Notes: generated from the sequence alone by a model not told the origin. 32,000 nucleotides of DNA from Nitrososphaerota archaeon (GCA_028867755.1 JAGWFT010000001.1:1161992-1193991); one strand, 5' to 3'; numbered from the stretch's first letter, positions 17,701 to 26,238 are shown. A program made the numbers and translations.

Positions 17701-18327
17701 TTGGTTACTGCAGAGATACTTGGTAATTTGACGAATTTTATAATTCAGACTATATCAAACTCTGGTTACATGGGAATTTTCCTCCTCATGGTTGCCGAAA
17801 GTGCGCTTATTCCAATACCAAGTGAGGTCATCATGCCGTTTTCAGGATATCTTGTCTCAACGGGAAAGTTCAATGTTGTATTTGTCATCATTGCAGGGTC
17901 CATAGGAAATCTGGTGGGTGGGCTTATTGCATATTTTGTAGGATCATACCTTGGAAGGGGGTTTATCTTAAAATATGGCAAGTATGTTTTGCTCAAAAAA
18001 TCACACTTGGAATTTGCTGAATCTTACTTTAAAAAATACGGAGATAGATCAACTTTCATCAGTAGGCTTTTGCCAGCGATAAGGACATACGTTTCTTTAC
18101 CTGCTGGAGTTGCCAAAATGAACCTAAAGAAATTCGCAGTTTTTACTCTTGTAGGCTCCATAATATGGAGTACTGCTTTAACATATGTTGGCATAGCATT
18201 AGGCGAGGAATGGAACAGCATCAGAAAGTATTCTAATTATTTTGATGCAATAGTCGTAATAGTCATAATAATTGCCATTATTGTATACTGGAAGAAAAAA
18301 AAGACTACACCAGCCGATGATTCTTAA
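17701..18327 (+). CDS. DedA family (SNARE-associated/VTT domain) membrane protein
   Basis: 208 aa with a TTG start. It has the motif GYMGIFLLMVAESALIPIPSEVIMPFSGYL, then F.SRLLP..R...S.PAG. Confidence 0.85.
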   Translation: MVTAEILGNLTNFIIQTISNSGYMGIFLLMVAESALIPIPSEVIMPFSGYLVSTGKFNVVFVIIAGSIGNLVGGLIAYFVGSYLGRGFILKYGKYVLLKKSHLEFAESYFKKYGDRSTFISRLLPAIRTYVSLPAGVAKMNLKKFAVFTLVGSIIWSTALTYVGIALGEEWNSIRKYSNYFDAIVVIVIIIAIIVYWKKKKTTPADDS

Positions 18328-18595
18328 AGTGAGTTAGCTCTTCAAGTATGATTTTGAACATTGTTTCCTTGTCAAGTAAAACGCATGGAATGTCGTTCTC
18401 CTTGCATGCCTTGCCAACCTCAGTATCTTCAGTTACCATTATCATGCCATTTTCTTCAGCATATCTTATCACCGAATAGTCACTAGTAAGCTTCTTTCCT
18501 TCTGTAATCAGTTTTTTTACGCTAAATGCATTATACCCAAATTCCTTGAGCTTTATGTCCATTCCGTCATACATCTCATCAACTAGCACTTTCAT
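18305..18595 (-). CDS. PIN-like nuclease-fold protein (DUF5615/Mut7-C-like)
   Basis: 96 aa. The pattern MKVLVDE...L...G.......TSD..VIRYAEENGMIMVTEDTE matches the acidic-residue layout of DUF5615/Mut7-C PIN-like domains. Confidence 0.6.
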   Translation of the reverse strand: MKVLVDEMYDGMDIKLKEFGYNAFSVKKLITEGKKLTSDYSVIRYAEENGMIMVTEDTEVGKACKENDIPCVLLDKETMFKIILEELTHFKNHRLV

Positions 18596-18832
18596 ATTGT
18601 AACCTCAAAAGAGCGTGTTATTTTTACCATATGAATATAAAATAGCCTTTGATGATTTAGTTAATATAAAAATGAAAATGGCGTAATCTTACTATTGCAT
18701 ATACGACGTTATTACCTAGATAATAATTATTTGGAATTTAATTAGAATAATACTCTTCCAATATTTCTATCATATTAGAAATTTTTTCAGTACTGATTTT
18801 TGATATAATTTGTAGATCTATATTGAAAAGGC

Positions 18833-18840
18833 GTATATAC
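18833..18840 (+). promoter_or_regulatory. Candidate TATA box for the ABC transporter operon
   Basis: GTATATAC lies about 30-37 nt upstream of the ATG at 18870, at the end of a 274-bp AT-rich spacer. Confidence 0.3.
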
Positions 18841-18869
18841 TTGCCATTCTGCTCCCTAGGTAGATCATC

Positions 18870-19664
18870 ATGAACACGCAAGTCTTTAATGGTTCAAGTG
18901 AAACCCTTGGTGAAGTTCAATTAGAATGCAAAGATCTAGCCTATTCATATTCAAGCTCTCACGTTATTTTCAAGGATATCAACATCAAGACATATACTGA
19001 TGAGCTAGTAGCAATAGTGGGCCCTTCAGGTACGGGAAAATCAACTTTAATTAGAGTACTTGCAAACCTGATTCCGCCTACTGCAGGCCATGTGTTTCTA
19101 AATGGTATTGAAGTAAAAGCCCCGTCTTCTCAGATCTCACTTGTTCACCAATCTATCGCTACTTTTCCGTGGATGACAGCTCTTGATAACGTCAAGATAG
19201 TTTTACGAAACAAGGTCAAAGATGATGAAGCCACCGAGATAGCAAAAAAAATGATTACCTTGGTGGGATTACAGGGACATGAAGACAATTACCCCAAAGA
19301 AATGAGCGGTGGAATGAGACAAAGAATAGCTATTGCAAGGGCACTAGCAGCTTCTCCAACTATAATGTTGATGGACGAGCCCTTTGTGCATCTTGATGAA
19401 CTTACAGCAAACTCACTTAGAAGTGAGATCTATTCGATTGTCTTCAACCCTGAAAACGATCTAAAATCAGTAATTCTTGTATCACATAATTTACATGAAG
19501 TGGTCCAATTGGCTGATAGAGTTTACGTGATGGGCGGTACACCTGCACAAATTATAAATGAAATCAAAATTGATTTGCCCCGACCAAGATCGGAGGAAGA
19601 ACCCATATTTTATGAATATGTCAAAATGTTGTACAATGATCTAATACCAAAAGAATCACGGTGA
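18870..19664 (+). CDS. ABC transporter ATP-binding protein (NitT/TauT-like)
   Basis: Walker [10 protein letters not shown], signature MSGGMRQR, Walker B MLMDEPF and H-loop VSHN. The overall look is that of nitrate/sulfonate/bicarbonate-family ATPases. Confidence 0.9.
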   Translation: MNTQVFNGSSETLGEVQLECKDLAYSYSSSHVIFKDINIKTYTDELVAIVGPSGTGKSTLIRVLANLIPPTAGHVFLNGIEVKAPSSQISLVHQSIATFPWMTALDNVKIVLRNKVKDDEATEIAKKMITLVGLQGHEDNYPKEMSGGMRQRIAIARALAASPTIMLMDEPFVHLDELTANSLRSEIYSIVFNPENDLKSVILVSHNLHEVVQLADRVYVMGGTPAQIINEIKIDLPRPRSEEEPIFYEYVKMLYNDLIPKESR

Positions 19665-19671
19665 TTGATGA

Positions 19672-21300
19672 TTGGAATTAGACACTATAGCTCTTGCTAC
19701 CCTCGCAAGTTTGGGCAGAGTTATGGCTTTGATTCTAGTTTCCATAGTTAGCGGCTGGTTTCTTTCCTATGTCGCAATAAAGAGTCGAAAATTCGAAAAC
19801 ATCTACATTTCATTTGTAAACATATTTGAGTCAATTCCAGTGATAGGTTTTCTCCCAATCGTTTTGGTAGTCTTCATTTCAGGACTTGGAGGAACGCTGG
19901 GAGTAGAGGTTGCCGCAGACTTTCTTGTCTTTGATGCAATAGTCTGGAACATCTGGATTGGACAATATCAAGCATTCAAGACAATTCCACAACCTCTCAT
20001 AGAAGTTTCTGAAAACTATGGTTTTGGATGGTGGGGTAAGATGAAAAGCCTTTACATACCGTTTTCATATCCAAGGGTTTCATCTGATATATTTCCAAGT
20101 TTTGCTGATGCATTGTTCTACATCATGATAAGCGAGGTATTTTCAGTTGGAATAACTGCATACAAGGTCTTTGGTATTGGCACCTTGATAGTTCAAGCTA
20201 CGTCCGCAGGAGATCTAAATAGTGTGTATGAGTGCTTGGGTGTTCTGGCAATAGGAGTTGTTTTGATTACTCTGGCATTTAGCAATTTCAGCAAGTATGC
20301 GGTTGCAAAATATGGCCTCAATACATCAACAGAGATTAAACGACACGTACGTTACTGGAGACCTCACATCATAAGATGGCGTCCTACCGCCAGTCCAACA
20401 TTTCAGTTTGCACGATACACCACTAAAATGAGAGCCGGAAGAGAAAACATACAATCAGCAATGACCAAAGTGCGGGCAAGCCACTCATTTGAAAGAACAG
20501 GAAAATACATCGGTACGGCAATAGCGTGGCTCTTTCTCATCTTCATCGGATATTCGTCAATTCAAGTTATGTTATCTGTCCCTCACTCACAGTGGATTAA
20601 CTACTTTGCACAGACACCAAATCTTTTGTATCAGATGGGAATTGACTACATAAGGGTACTTGTTGTTACAGTAGTCTCGTTTGTCTTTGCAATATCACTT
20701 GGATACTACCTTACAGTTCATAAGAGAATAAGCATAGCGTCGCTGCCAATAATACAAACAATCTCAGCTTTTCCAGCACCTGCTTATTTTCCACTAGTCT
20801 TTGCTGCAACAGCATCATTTTTAGCACATACTATACCATTTGCAGAAACTGAGATCTTTGTCATGATCTTGTGTTTTCTTGGTACGTTTTACTATGTATT
20901 TTTTGGATTCTGGGTTGGAGTAAGAGCTATACCAGTAGAGTTTCTAGAATTGACACAAAATTACAAGATAGGCTTTTTCACCAAGATGAGGAGGATAATT
21001 ATTCCAGCAACTTTTCCGTATCTAGTTACTGGCCTTTCAAGTACGATTAACAGTGCATGGGGTGGATTGGCAGTAGCCGAGTACTGGCCTAACATCTTCG
21101 GGAACCAAACTCTACAGGTACATACAGGCATGATGAAAATAATCTCTGCAGGTCTTGTCAATGGGAATATAGGACTTGCAGCTTGGGCCTCATTACTATT
21201 TGCCATCGTAGTTGGCGTTTACAGCATAGTATTTACAAGAAATCTAATGGATCTTGCGCGCAAAAAGTACGTAATAGAAGAGGGGATCTACGCCGCATAA
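19672..21300 (+). CDS. ABC transporter permease, fused tandem membrane domains
   Basis: 542 aa with a TTG start. Two polytopic halves are joined by a basic soluble linker (RHVRYWRPHIIRWRP...). It starts 7 nt after the ATPase gene. Confidence 0.82.
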   Translation: MELDTIALATLASLGRVMALILVSIVSGWFLSYVAIKSRKFENIYISFVNIFESIPVIGFLPIVLVVFISGLGGTLGVEVAADFLVFDAIVWNIWIGQYQAFKTIPQPLIEVSENYGFGWWGKMKSLYIPFSYPRVSSDIFPSFADALFYIMISEVFSVGITAYKVFGIGTLIVQATSAGDLNSVYECLGVLAIGVVLITLAFSNFSKYAVAKYGLNTSTEIKRHVRYWRPHIIRWRPTASPTFQFARYTTKMRAGRENIQSAMTKVRASHSFERTGKYIGTAIAWLFLIFIGYSSIQVMLSVPHSQWINYFAQTPNLLYQMGIDYIRVLVVTVVSFVFAISLGYYLTVHKRISIASLPIIQTISAFPAPAYFPLVFAATASFLAHTIPFAETEIFVMILCFLGTFYYVFFGFWVGVRAIPVEFLELTQNYKIGFFTKMRRIIIPATFPYLVTGLSSTINSAWGGLAVAEYWPNIFGNQTLQVHTGMMKIISAGLVNGNIGLAAWASLLFAIVVGVYSIVFTRNLMDLARKKYVIEEGIYAA

Positions 21301-21443
21301 ACCAAAAGCAGATGAGTAATCCACGATTAATAAGATTCAATGTTTTAAACTAATCTCTTATTTTGTTTCCATTTATTTTATGAAATTCGATCAACTTCAA
21401 TAAAACTGACTCTAATTAGGCATAAATTCAAAATATCTCTATT

Positions 21444-23216
21444 TTGTATAGAAAATCAAAGGTTCATAAATCGAATTCACTAACTCTCGGAGAATTGCAG
21501 ACCGTGAAAGAATTTGGAACCCTAGAGTATGTTTTAGACACATATTCAAAAAACTGGACTTGGAAACTAACTGGCTCAAGAGCTGTTAGCATGGTTGCTC
21601 GAGTTATACCCCAGGCGTGGTATGGAGATGGTCCTGATGAAGCAATAGTACCTGATACAGAACACAATGTTCAGAAAATTAAATGGATAATGGAGACCTA
21701 TCCTCTTGAGATAAGATCTAGAAACATTTGGCAGAGAAAGACAAGGCACATGAAAGTACCAAAAAGAAAATGGACGAGAATAGAAAAATTACGAAAAGCA
21801 AATCCAGATGAACAATTTAGGGGGACTCTGCTTAATTTCCAAAGAGAGGGATTAGACTTTTTGCTAAAATCTTCCGGTAATGCACTATTAGCTGACGAGA
21901 TGGGATTGGGCAAAACTGTGCAAACCTTAGCATATCTTGCAACAGAAAGACAAACATTTCCAGCTCTTATTGTTGCCCCTCTTGTGACTTTGAGCAACTG
22001 GCAAAGAGAGATTCAAAAGTTTCTCAAAAGAAGAAGCAGAAACGGAAGAATAATTGATTTAGAGTATCCGACATCAGTTTTAATTCGTACTGGAAAATCA
22101 CAGGAGATAGGCAAGCATGACATTTACATCATAAACTATGATCTACTGTACAAGAGACTAGATGATCTTTCCAAGTTGAACATAAAGACTCTTGTGTGCG
22201 ACGAGGTCCAACATCTCCGTTCAAAATCAACCAAGAAATATTCTGCCGTAAAAAAACTTGCTACAATGGAATCTGTAAAATATAGAATTGGATTGTCTGG
22301 TACTCCAATCTATAACAGAGGTTCAGAGATTTGGCCCATAGTAGACATACTTAGACCTGGTCTACTTGGAAGCTTTGAGGAGTTTTGCGAATATTTTTGC
22401 TATGTTAACGAAAAAGGCAAGGCGATAGTTCTTGAAAACAAGCGCGCTAGCCTAGGAGAAGAATTAAGAAAGCATGTAATGTTAAGGCGCAAAAAATCAG
22501 ATGTACTAAAAGAGTTGAAAGAAAAGGTACGATACAAGGAATTCATAGAATCTGATATCAACTATTATCATGCCGAGCTTGATAAGATATGGAAGAGATT
22601 AGAGGAAGAGCAAAAGGCCGCAACTTCAGCATTTGATAAGTTTTCATCATACAAAAGGGCAATCCAGAGTGAGAGACAGGCAGCAGGAGCTGCTAAAGTT
22701 CCCCATGTTATCGAGTTTGTCAAAAACATTATGGAGATAGAAGAGAGTGTTGTAGTATTTTGTCATCACAAGGCAATTCATGGATTGTTGCACAAGAGCC
22801 TTCATGAGTATTCACCATCTTCAATCATAGGAGGACAAACAGACAAGGACAGACAAAATAACATAGACAGGTTCCAAAATGGAGAGACAAAGCTAATGAT
22901 AGCAGGACTCAGAGCAGGTAATGTTGGAATCAACCTTAGCAGAGCAAGATATGTCATATTTGCAGAACTTGATTGGAGCCCGGCAATTCACAGACAGGCC
23001 GAAGATAGACTACATAGAATAGGCCAGAAAAACACGGTATTTGCATATTACCTGATAGGCAATGGGACGCTAGATGATCACGTGGCAAATGTACTAGTTG
23101 ACAAGAGTTATGAGATTGATGCCATCATGGATGAGAAAGAAGAGCCTTTTGAGAACAAAGACAAGGCAGAGCTTATCTTGGCTCAAATTCATGACAAGCT
23201 TTCAGCCAAACGCTAG
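21444..23216 (+). CDS. SNF2-family DNA-dependent ATPase, SMARCAL1/ZRANB3 (annealing-helicase)-like
   Basis: Motifs LLNFQREGLDFLL, LLADEMGLGKTVQ, LVCDEVQHLRS, LSGTPI and VIFAELDWSPAIHRQAEDRLHRIGQ. These are close to the SMARCAL1 motif set as I recall it. The N-terminal ~130 aa are unassigned. The start is ambiguous: TTG at 21444, with an alternative in-frame TTG or GTG shortly downstream. Confidence 0.88.
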   Translation: MYRKSKVHKSNSLTLGELQTVKEFGTLEYVLDTYSKNWTWKLTGSRAVSMVARVIPQAWYGDGPDEAIVPDTEHNVQKIKWIMETYPLEIRSRNIWQRKTRHMKVPKRKWTRIEKLRKANPDEQFRGTLLNFQREGLDFLLKSSGNALLADEMGLGKTVQTLAYLATERQTFPALIVAPLVTLSNWQREIQKFLKRRSRNGRIIDLEYPTSVLIRTGKSQEIGKHDIYIINYDLLYKRLDDLSKLNIKTLVCDEVQHLRSKSTKKYSAVKKLATMESVKYRIGLSGTPIYNRGSEIWPIVDILRPGLLGSFEEFCEYFCYVNEKGKAIVLENKRASLGEELRKHVMLRRKKSDVLKELKEKVRYKEFIESDINYYHAELDKIWKRLEEEQKAATSAFDKFSSYKRAIQSERQAAGAAKVPHVIEFVKNIMEIEESVVVFCHHKAIHGLLHKSLHEYSPSSIIGGQTDKDRQNNIDRFQNGETKLMIAGLRAGNVGINLSRARYVIFAELDWSPAIHRQAEDRLHRIGQKNTVFAYYLIGNGTLDDHVANVLVDKSYEIDAIMDEKEEPFENKDKAELILAQIHDKLSAKR

Positions 23217-23221
23217 ATTCT

Positions 23222-23395
23222 TTATTCTTCGCGTATCTCGTATTTGTCAAAAAAGTCTTGTCCTTCTCCCAGTCCTTGTTTGAGAAATGACTCTAGTTTT
23301 TTTATTACATCTGCACGATTCATTCTTCCTTCTGTAGATACATAATATTCTGCATGTGACTCGCGAAATTTCTTGTAGTTTATCCCTTTTGTCAT
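23222..23395 (-). CDS. Hypothetical small protein (57 aa, below the ORF-track cutoff)
   Basis: Manual translation gives MTKGINYKKFRESHAEYYVSTEGRMNRADVIKKLESFLKQGLGEGQDFFDKYEIREE. Its composition is more protein-like than the overlapping 71-aa track ORF. It starts 38 nt downstream of the J-domain/TPR gene on the same strand. Confidence 0.35.
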   Translation of the reverse strand: MTKGINYKKFRESHAEYYVSTEGRMNRADVIKKLESFLKQGLGEGQDFFDKYEIREE

Positions 23396-23433
23396 CACAT
23401 ATCATACTACGGAATAATATATAATAAGAGATC

Positions 23434-24171
23434 TTATCGTCGCAGTTTTTTTGCTTTTTCAATACACTTGGTGCCTTCGCTTTTTCTTTCTAGTTTGAGT
23501 AAAAGATTTCCCTTGTTATACCAAGCATTGGCAAAATCTGGATCAAACTTTGTTGCCTTGTCAAACGATTCCAGTGCTTCATCGTATCTTTTTAGATTGT
23601 AAAGACAGACACCATTTAGGTTCCATATTGCTGCATGTCTTGGGTTAATTACCAGTGCTTTGTCAAAGGACTCCAATGCTTCATCATACCTTTTCATGTC
23701 AGAAAGGCAAATACCCTTGAGGTTCCACGCACTCATAGAGTTAGGTTCGATCTCAAGCACTTTATCATAGCATACCAATGCTTCCTCGTGTCTTTTCAGA
23801 TTGGAGAGGCAGTCTCCTTTCCTAAGCCATGCATTTGTGTATCTGGGTAATTGCATAGTCACTTTGTCATAGTATGCAACAGCCTCATCATACTTGCGGC
23901 TGGCAAAAAGCGCTTCAGCTTGATCATACAATGATACAGCATCCTCAGGATACAAATCAGCAAATTTTTTGCTTGATTTTGCCTCTACTTTGTGTTGATT
24001 TCGTAATGTGTGGTATGCATCTGCAATTAGTTTGAATTGAACATCATCTTTTTTTGAAGAATTCTTATCAGGATGGTATTGAAGTACAAGTTTTCGATAT
24101 GCTGCCTGTATCTCTTTCATAGACGAGTCTGACTTTATACCCAGAATCTCATAACATTTTGAGATATTCAA
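23434..24171 (-). CDS. J-domain protein with C-terminal TPR repeats
   Basis: N-terminal YEILGI....EIQAAYRKLVLQYHPDKN contains the HPD motif. It is followed by about five 34-aa TPR units (repeated YDEALESFDKA... and W.NKG motifs). Confidence 0.85.
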   Translation of the reverse strand: MNISKCYEILGIKSDSSMKEIQAAYRKLVLQYHPDKNSSKKDDVQFKLIADAYHTLRNQHKVEAKSSKKFADLYPEDAVSLYDQAEALFASRKYDEAVAYYDKVTMQLPRYTNAWLRKGDCLSNLKRHEEALVCYDKVLEIEPNSMSAWNLKGICLSDMKRYDEALESFDKALVINPRHAAIWNLNGVCLYNLKRYDEALESFDKATKFDPDFANAWYNKGNLLLKLERKSEGTKCIEKAKKLRR

Positions 24172-24418
24172 TGCGTATCACCTTTCAGAGCATTCAGCTC
24201 TAAATCTAGTTTGCAAAAACTTCCATTAAATTGGGCTTCCACGACATAACATTACTAATTTTAGCATGTATAAATGTAAAAACTTCTACTTTATGTAACA
24301 TTTAACAATAATCCAAACTATATGGATGAAATTTTACTTGTGTTGAATTTTCTTTAATTCAAAGTATCAAAAAAATTATTCCTAAGAAATAAATTTAAAA
24401 ATATTTTAGCGAAGTGAA

Positions 24419-24583
24419 ATGGTAAATCAAACAATAAGTGAACTTGTCAAAATGGCTGATAGGATAGTAATTGACCAAGTAAAGGGAAAGAAAGTGACTT
24501 TGAAGATAAGCTGGTTTGATCTCAAAGGAGCAAGAAAATCAAAAAAGTTTTTGCTAGAAGAAAAGGAAAAGATCGAGTTTTAG
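24419..24583 (+). CDS. Hypothetical small basic protein (54 aa, below the ORF-track cutoff)
   Basis: Manual translation gives MVNQTISELVKMADRIVIDQVKGKKVTLKISWFDLKGARKSKKFLLEEKEKIEF. It is preceded by TTTAAAAA about 18-25 nt upstream and followed by T-runs. Confidence 0.35.
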   Translation: MVNQTISELVKMADRIVIDQVKGKKVTLKISWFDLKGARKSKKFLLEEKEKIEF

Positions 24584-24711
24584 ATCTTACCTAATCACCT
24601 TTTTTGTTTTATTTGCGATCTGATTTTTATTAAAAAATTCCTCTTGTTTCATAGAATAAAAATTTTGTTCATAAATCAGTCCTAGTACTAATATAAACAA
24701 AAAAGATATTT

Positions 24712-24866
24712 CCAAGCACGGCGAACTTTCTTGTTTGTGAAGACAAGAACTCAGACTCACCACCATGGTCTGAACGATCTACCCCCCACAGACAAGGAAC
24801 GCCTACATTTGATGAGCCAGGCATTGTACGAACAGACGCCATGAGACAGAAGGGCAAGTCTTGTTA
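24712..24866. other. GC-rich non-coding island (candidate RNA or gene remnant)
   Basis: A stretch of about 155 nt is visibly richer in G and C than its AT-rich, stop-dense flanks. It contains local hairpins (TTCTTGT/ACAAGAA at 24728-24749; TCAGAC/GTCTGA at 24751-24773). No convincing ORF. Confidence 0.3.
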
Positions 24867-24883
24867 CATATTTTTTATAACAT

Positions 24884-25078
24884 CTAGCGAAATGCCCAAA
24901 ACTTGTGATGACGTAATATCATTTGATGAGCTTTGTGCTCTATAACAGAAAAAAAGGCATGTATAGAAAGTTGTTTGTACTGTATTCTAGTGATTATGAA
25001 ATAGATGACGATGAAGACTAATACAATAATAAAACCATCAATAAACGTCATAAATAAGATATGTTTCATTTTATCCAT
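24884..25078 (-). CDS. Hypothetical small membrane protein
   Basis: In-frame ATG at 25078 or 25069 (MDKMKHILFMTFIDGFIIVLVFIVIYFIITRI...). It has one strong TM followed by a His/Lys-rich tail. The plus strand carries stop codons across most of this stretch. The AT-rich context makes it uncertain. Confidence 0.3.
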   Translation of the reverse strand: MDKMKHILFMTFIDGFIIVLVFIVIYFIITRIQYKQLSIHAFFSVIEHKAHQMILRHHKFWAFR

Positions 25079-25313
25079 GAATAAACACGAAACCAACAAA
25101 AAACTTCTTGATAAATTTACTCTAAGCCAGTTACATGATTTTTGCAAGACACATAAAAGAGAGATGAGCGCAATTGACTATAATGACAGAGTAATTCTTG
25201 GCGAATCAGATCCTGAAATAATAAAGAAACGATTCATCCCATACATGGTTGGCTTTTTTGATCAATCTGAAATCGTAGAATACGCTAGAAAATTCCAAAT
25301 AAAGATAGACTAG
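25005..25313 (+). CDS. Hypothetical protein (likely starts at ATG 25077, 78 aa)
   Basis: From the internal Met the product MNKHETNKKLLDKFTLSQLHDFCKTHKRE... is soluble and protein-like. The upstream 24 codons are low complexity. Confidence 0.45.
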   Translation: MTMKTNTIIKPSINVINKICFILSMNKHETNKKLLDKFTLSQLHDFCKTHKREMSAIDYNDRVILGESDPEIIKKRFIPYMVGFFDQSEIVEYARKFQIKID

Positions 25314-25331
25314 TTCTGAGAAATTAAATCC

Positions 25332-25988
25332 CTACTGCCCTAACGAAGACTGGTTATTTCCTGTAGAATTTGTTGCATTAATAGACTTGGTAGAATTGTC
25401 TCCCATTCCAATATTACCTGAATATAACAGTCCTGCTACAGACATTCGTGCTTGAACCAGCATCAGTTGTTGCTTGACATCTCCATAATTTTGTGTCAAC
25501 TGACAATCCCACTTGCCTTTTCCAAATACAAGATTTGAAAATTCTTCAAGGTTGTAATTTTTCTCATAAGAATATGGTATTAACCCCAACACCTTGGTTT
25601 TTATCAAAAGCGTTGAATTAAAATCAGTGCCAGTTTCATTTGATATGGTCCAATCGACAAATGTCTTCATGGCATCAAAGTCTACAAAACTTAATGTTCC
25701 CTGTAACTTTTCTTGGGAATAAGGTTGGATGGTTTTTCCTGTCATCTCAAGTGAACCATAATCATTTGAGATACCATGCATGTCAGATTCTATGCTCTCA
25801 ACAGTTACAGGCACAAAAGACGGGTTACACACAGCCAAATTAACATCTATTTCAGATGCACTAACTTGACCTAGTCCGCCTCCAGCAAACTCGAGGCCTC
25901 TTGCTGACTGGGACACTTCAATGTATAGTCCTGTTATTACCACTGCCATTATCACACCAAATATTGCCAGAGATCTTTTCAAAACCAC
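25332..25988 (-). CDS. Membrane-anchored protein with LEA_2/WHy-like domain and Asn/Ser-rich tail
   Basis: 218 aa with N-terminal anchor LAIFGVIMAVVITGLYI. The segment VNLAVCNPSFVPVTVESIESDMHG resembles the NPN-strand motif of LEA_2 domains. The C-terminus is NSTKSINATNSTGNNQSS. Confidence 0.55.
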   Translation of the reverse strand: MVLKRSLAIFGVIMAVVITGLYIEVSQSARGLEFAGGGLGQVSASEIDVNLAVCNPSFVPVTVESIESDMHGISNDYGSLEMTGKTIQPYSQEKLQGTLSFVDFDAMKTFVDWTISNETGTDFNSTLLIKTKVLGLIPYSYEKNYNLEEFSNLVFGKGKWDCQLTQNYGDVKQQLMLVQARMSVAGLLYSGNIGMGDNSTKSINATNSTGNNQSSLGQ

Positions 25989-26238
25989 ACTAGATTATCC
26001 AAATGTCAATAAATTTCTTGATGGAGTCTGAGAGAAAAAACACTAAAAAAACAAATTGCAACTCTAAATGCCGCAATCAAAAAACTAGAAACAAAATAGA
26101 AATTCTTCAGATTCACGTATTTACCTCAAGTGAGATAAAAGACCAAAGCAATGACGGAAACCTTGAATTGTCAGTCTATTCCCGGTTGTTCATGGATACG
26201 TTGTTTGTGTCGATGATCTGTATGAGGAATACCATACC

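Noticed and set aside
18596-18631. 12-codon upstream ORF (MVKITRSFEVTI) ending in ATGA over the PIN-like gene start
   Set aside because: It is too short to separate from chance in AT-rich sequence, and I cannot assess conservation.
23247-23462. 71-aa minus-strand ORF from the track
   Set aside because: Its composition is Cys/Arg/Lys-rich and low in complexity, and it overlaps the 3' end of the J-domain/TPR gene. A different frame (23222-23395) gives a more protein-like 57-aa product.
23540-23860. Roughly 100-nt periodic DNA similarity
   Set aside because: It is explained by consecutive TPR units of the J-domain/TPR protein (repeated YDEALESFDKA and related motifs). It is not an independent repeat element.
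24669-24857. 62-aa minus-strand ORF inside the GC-rich island
   Set aside because: I saw no plausible promoter or start context. The product (MPFCLMASVRTMPGSSNVGVPCLWG...) has no recognisable fold features. The ORF is probably a by-product of the GC-rich stretch.
24700-24870. Interpreting the GC island as tRNA, RNase P RNA, SRP RNA or a C/D-box sRNA
   Set aside because: There is no T-loop (GTTCRANYC) with a matching stem and no acceptor pairing. ACAGAAGGGCAAG only superficially resembles the RNase P CR-V region, and no GAGGAAAGTCC partner exists nearby. No SRP helix-8 motif is present. A TGATGA at about 24809 has no correctly spaced CTGA D box.
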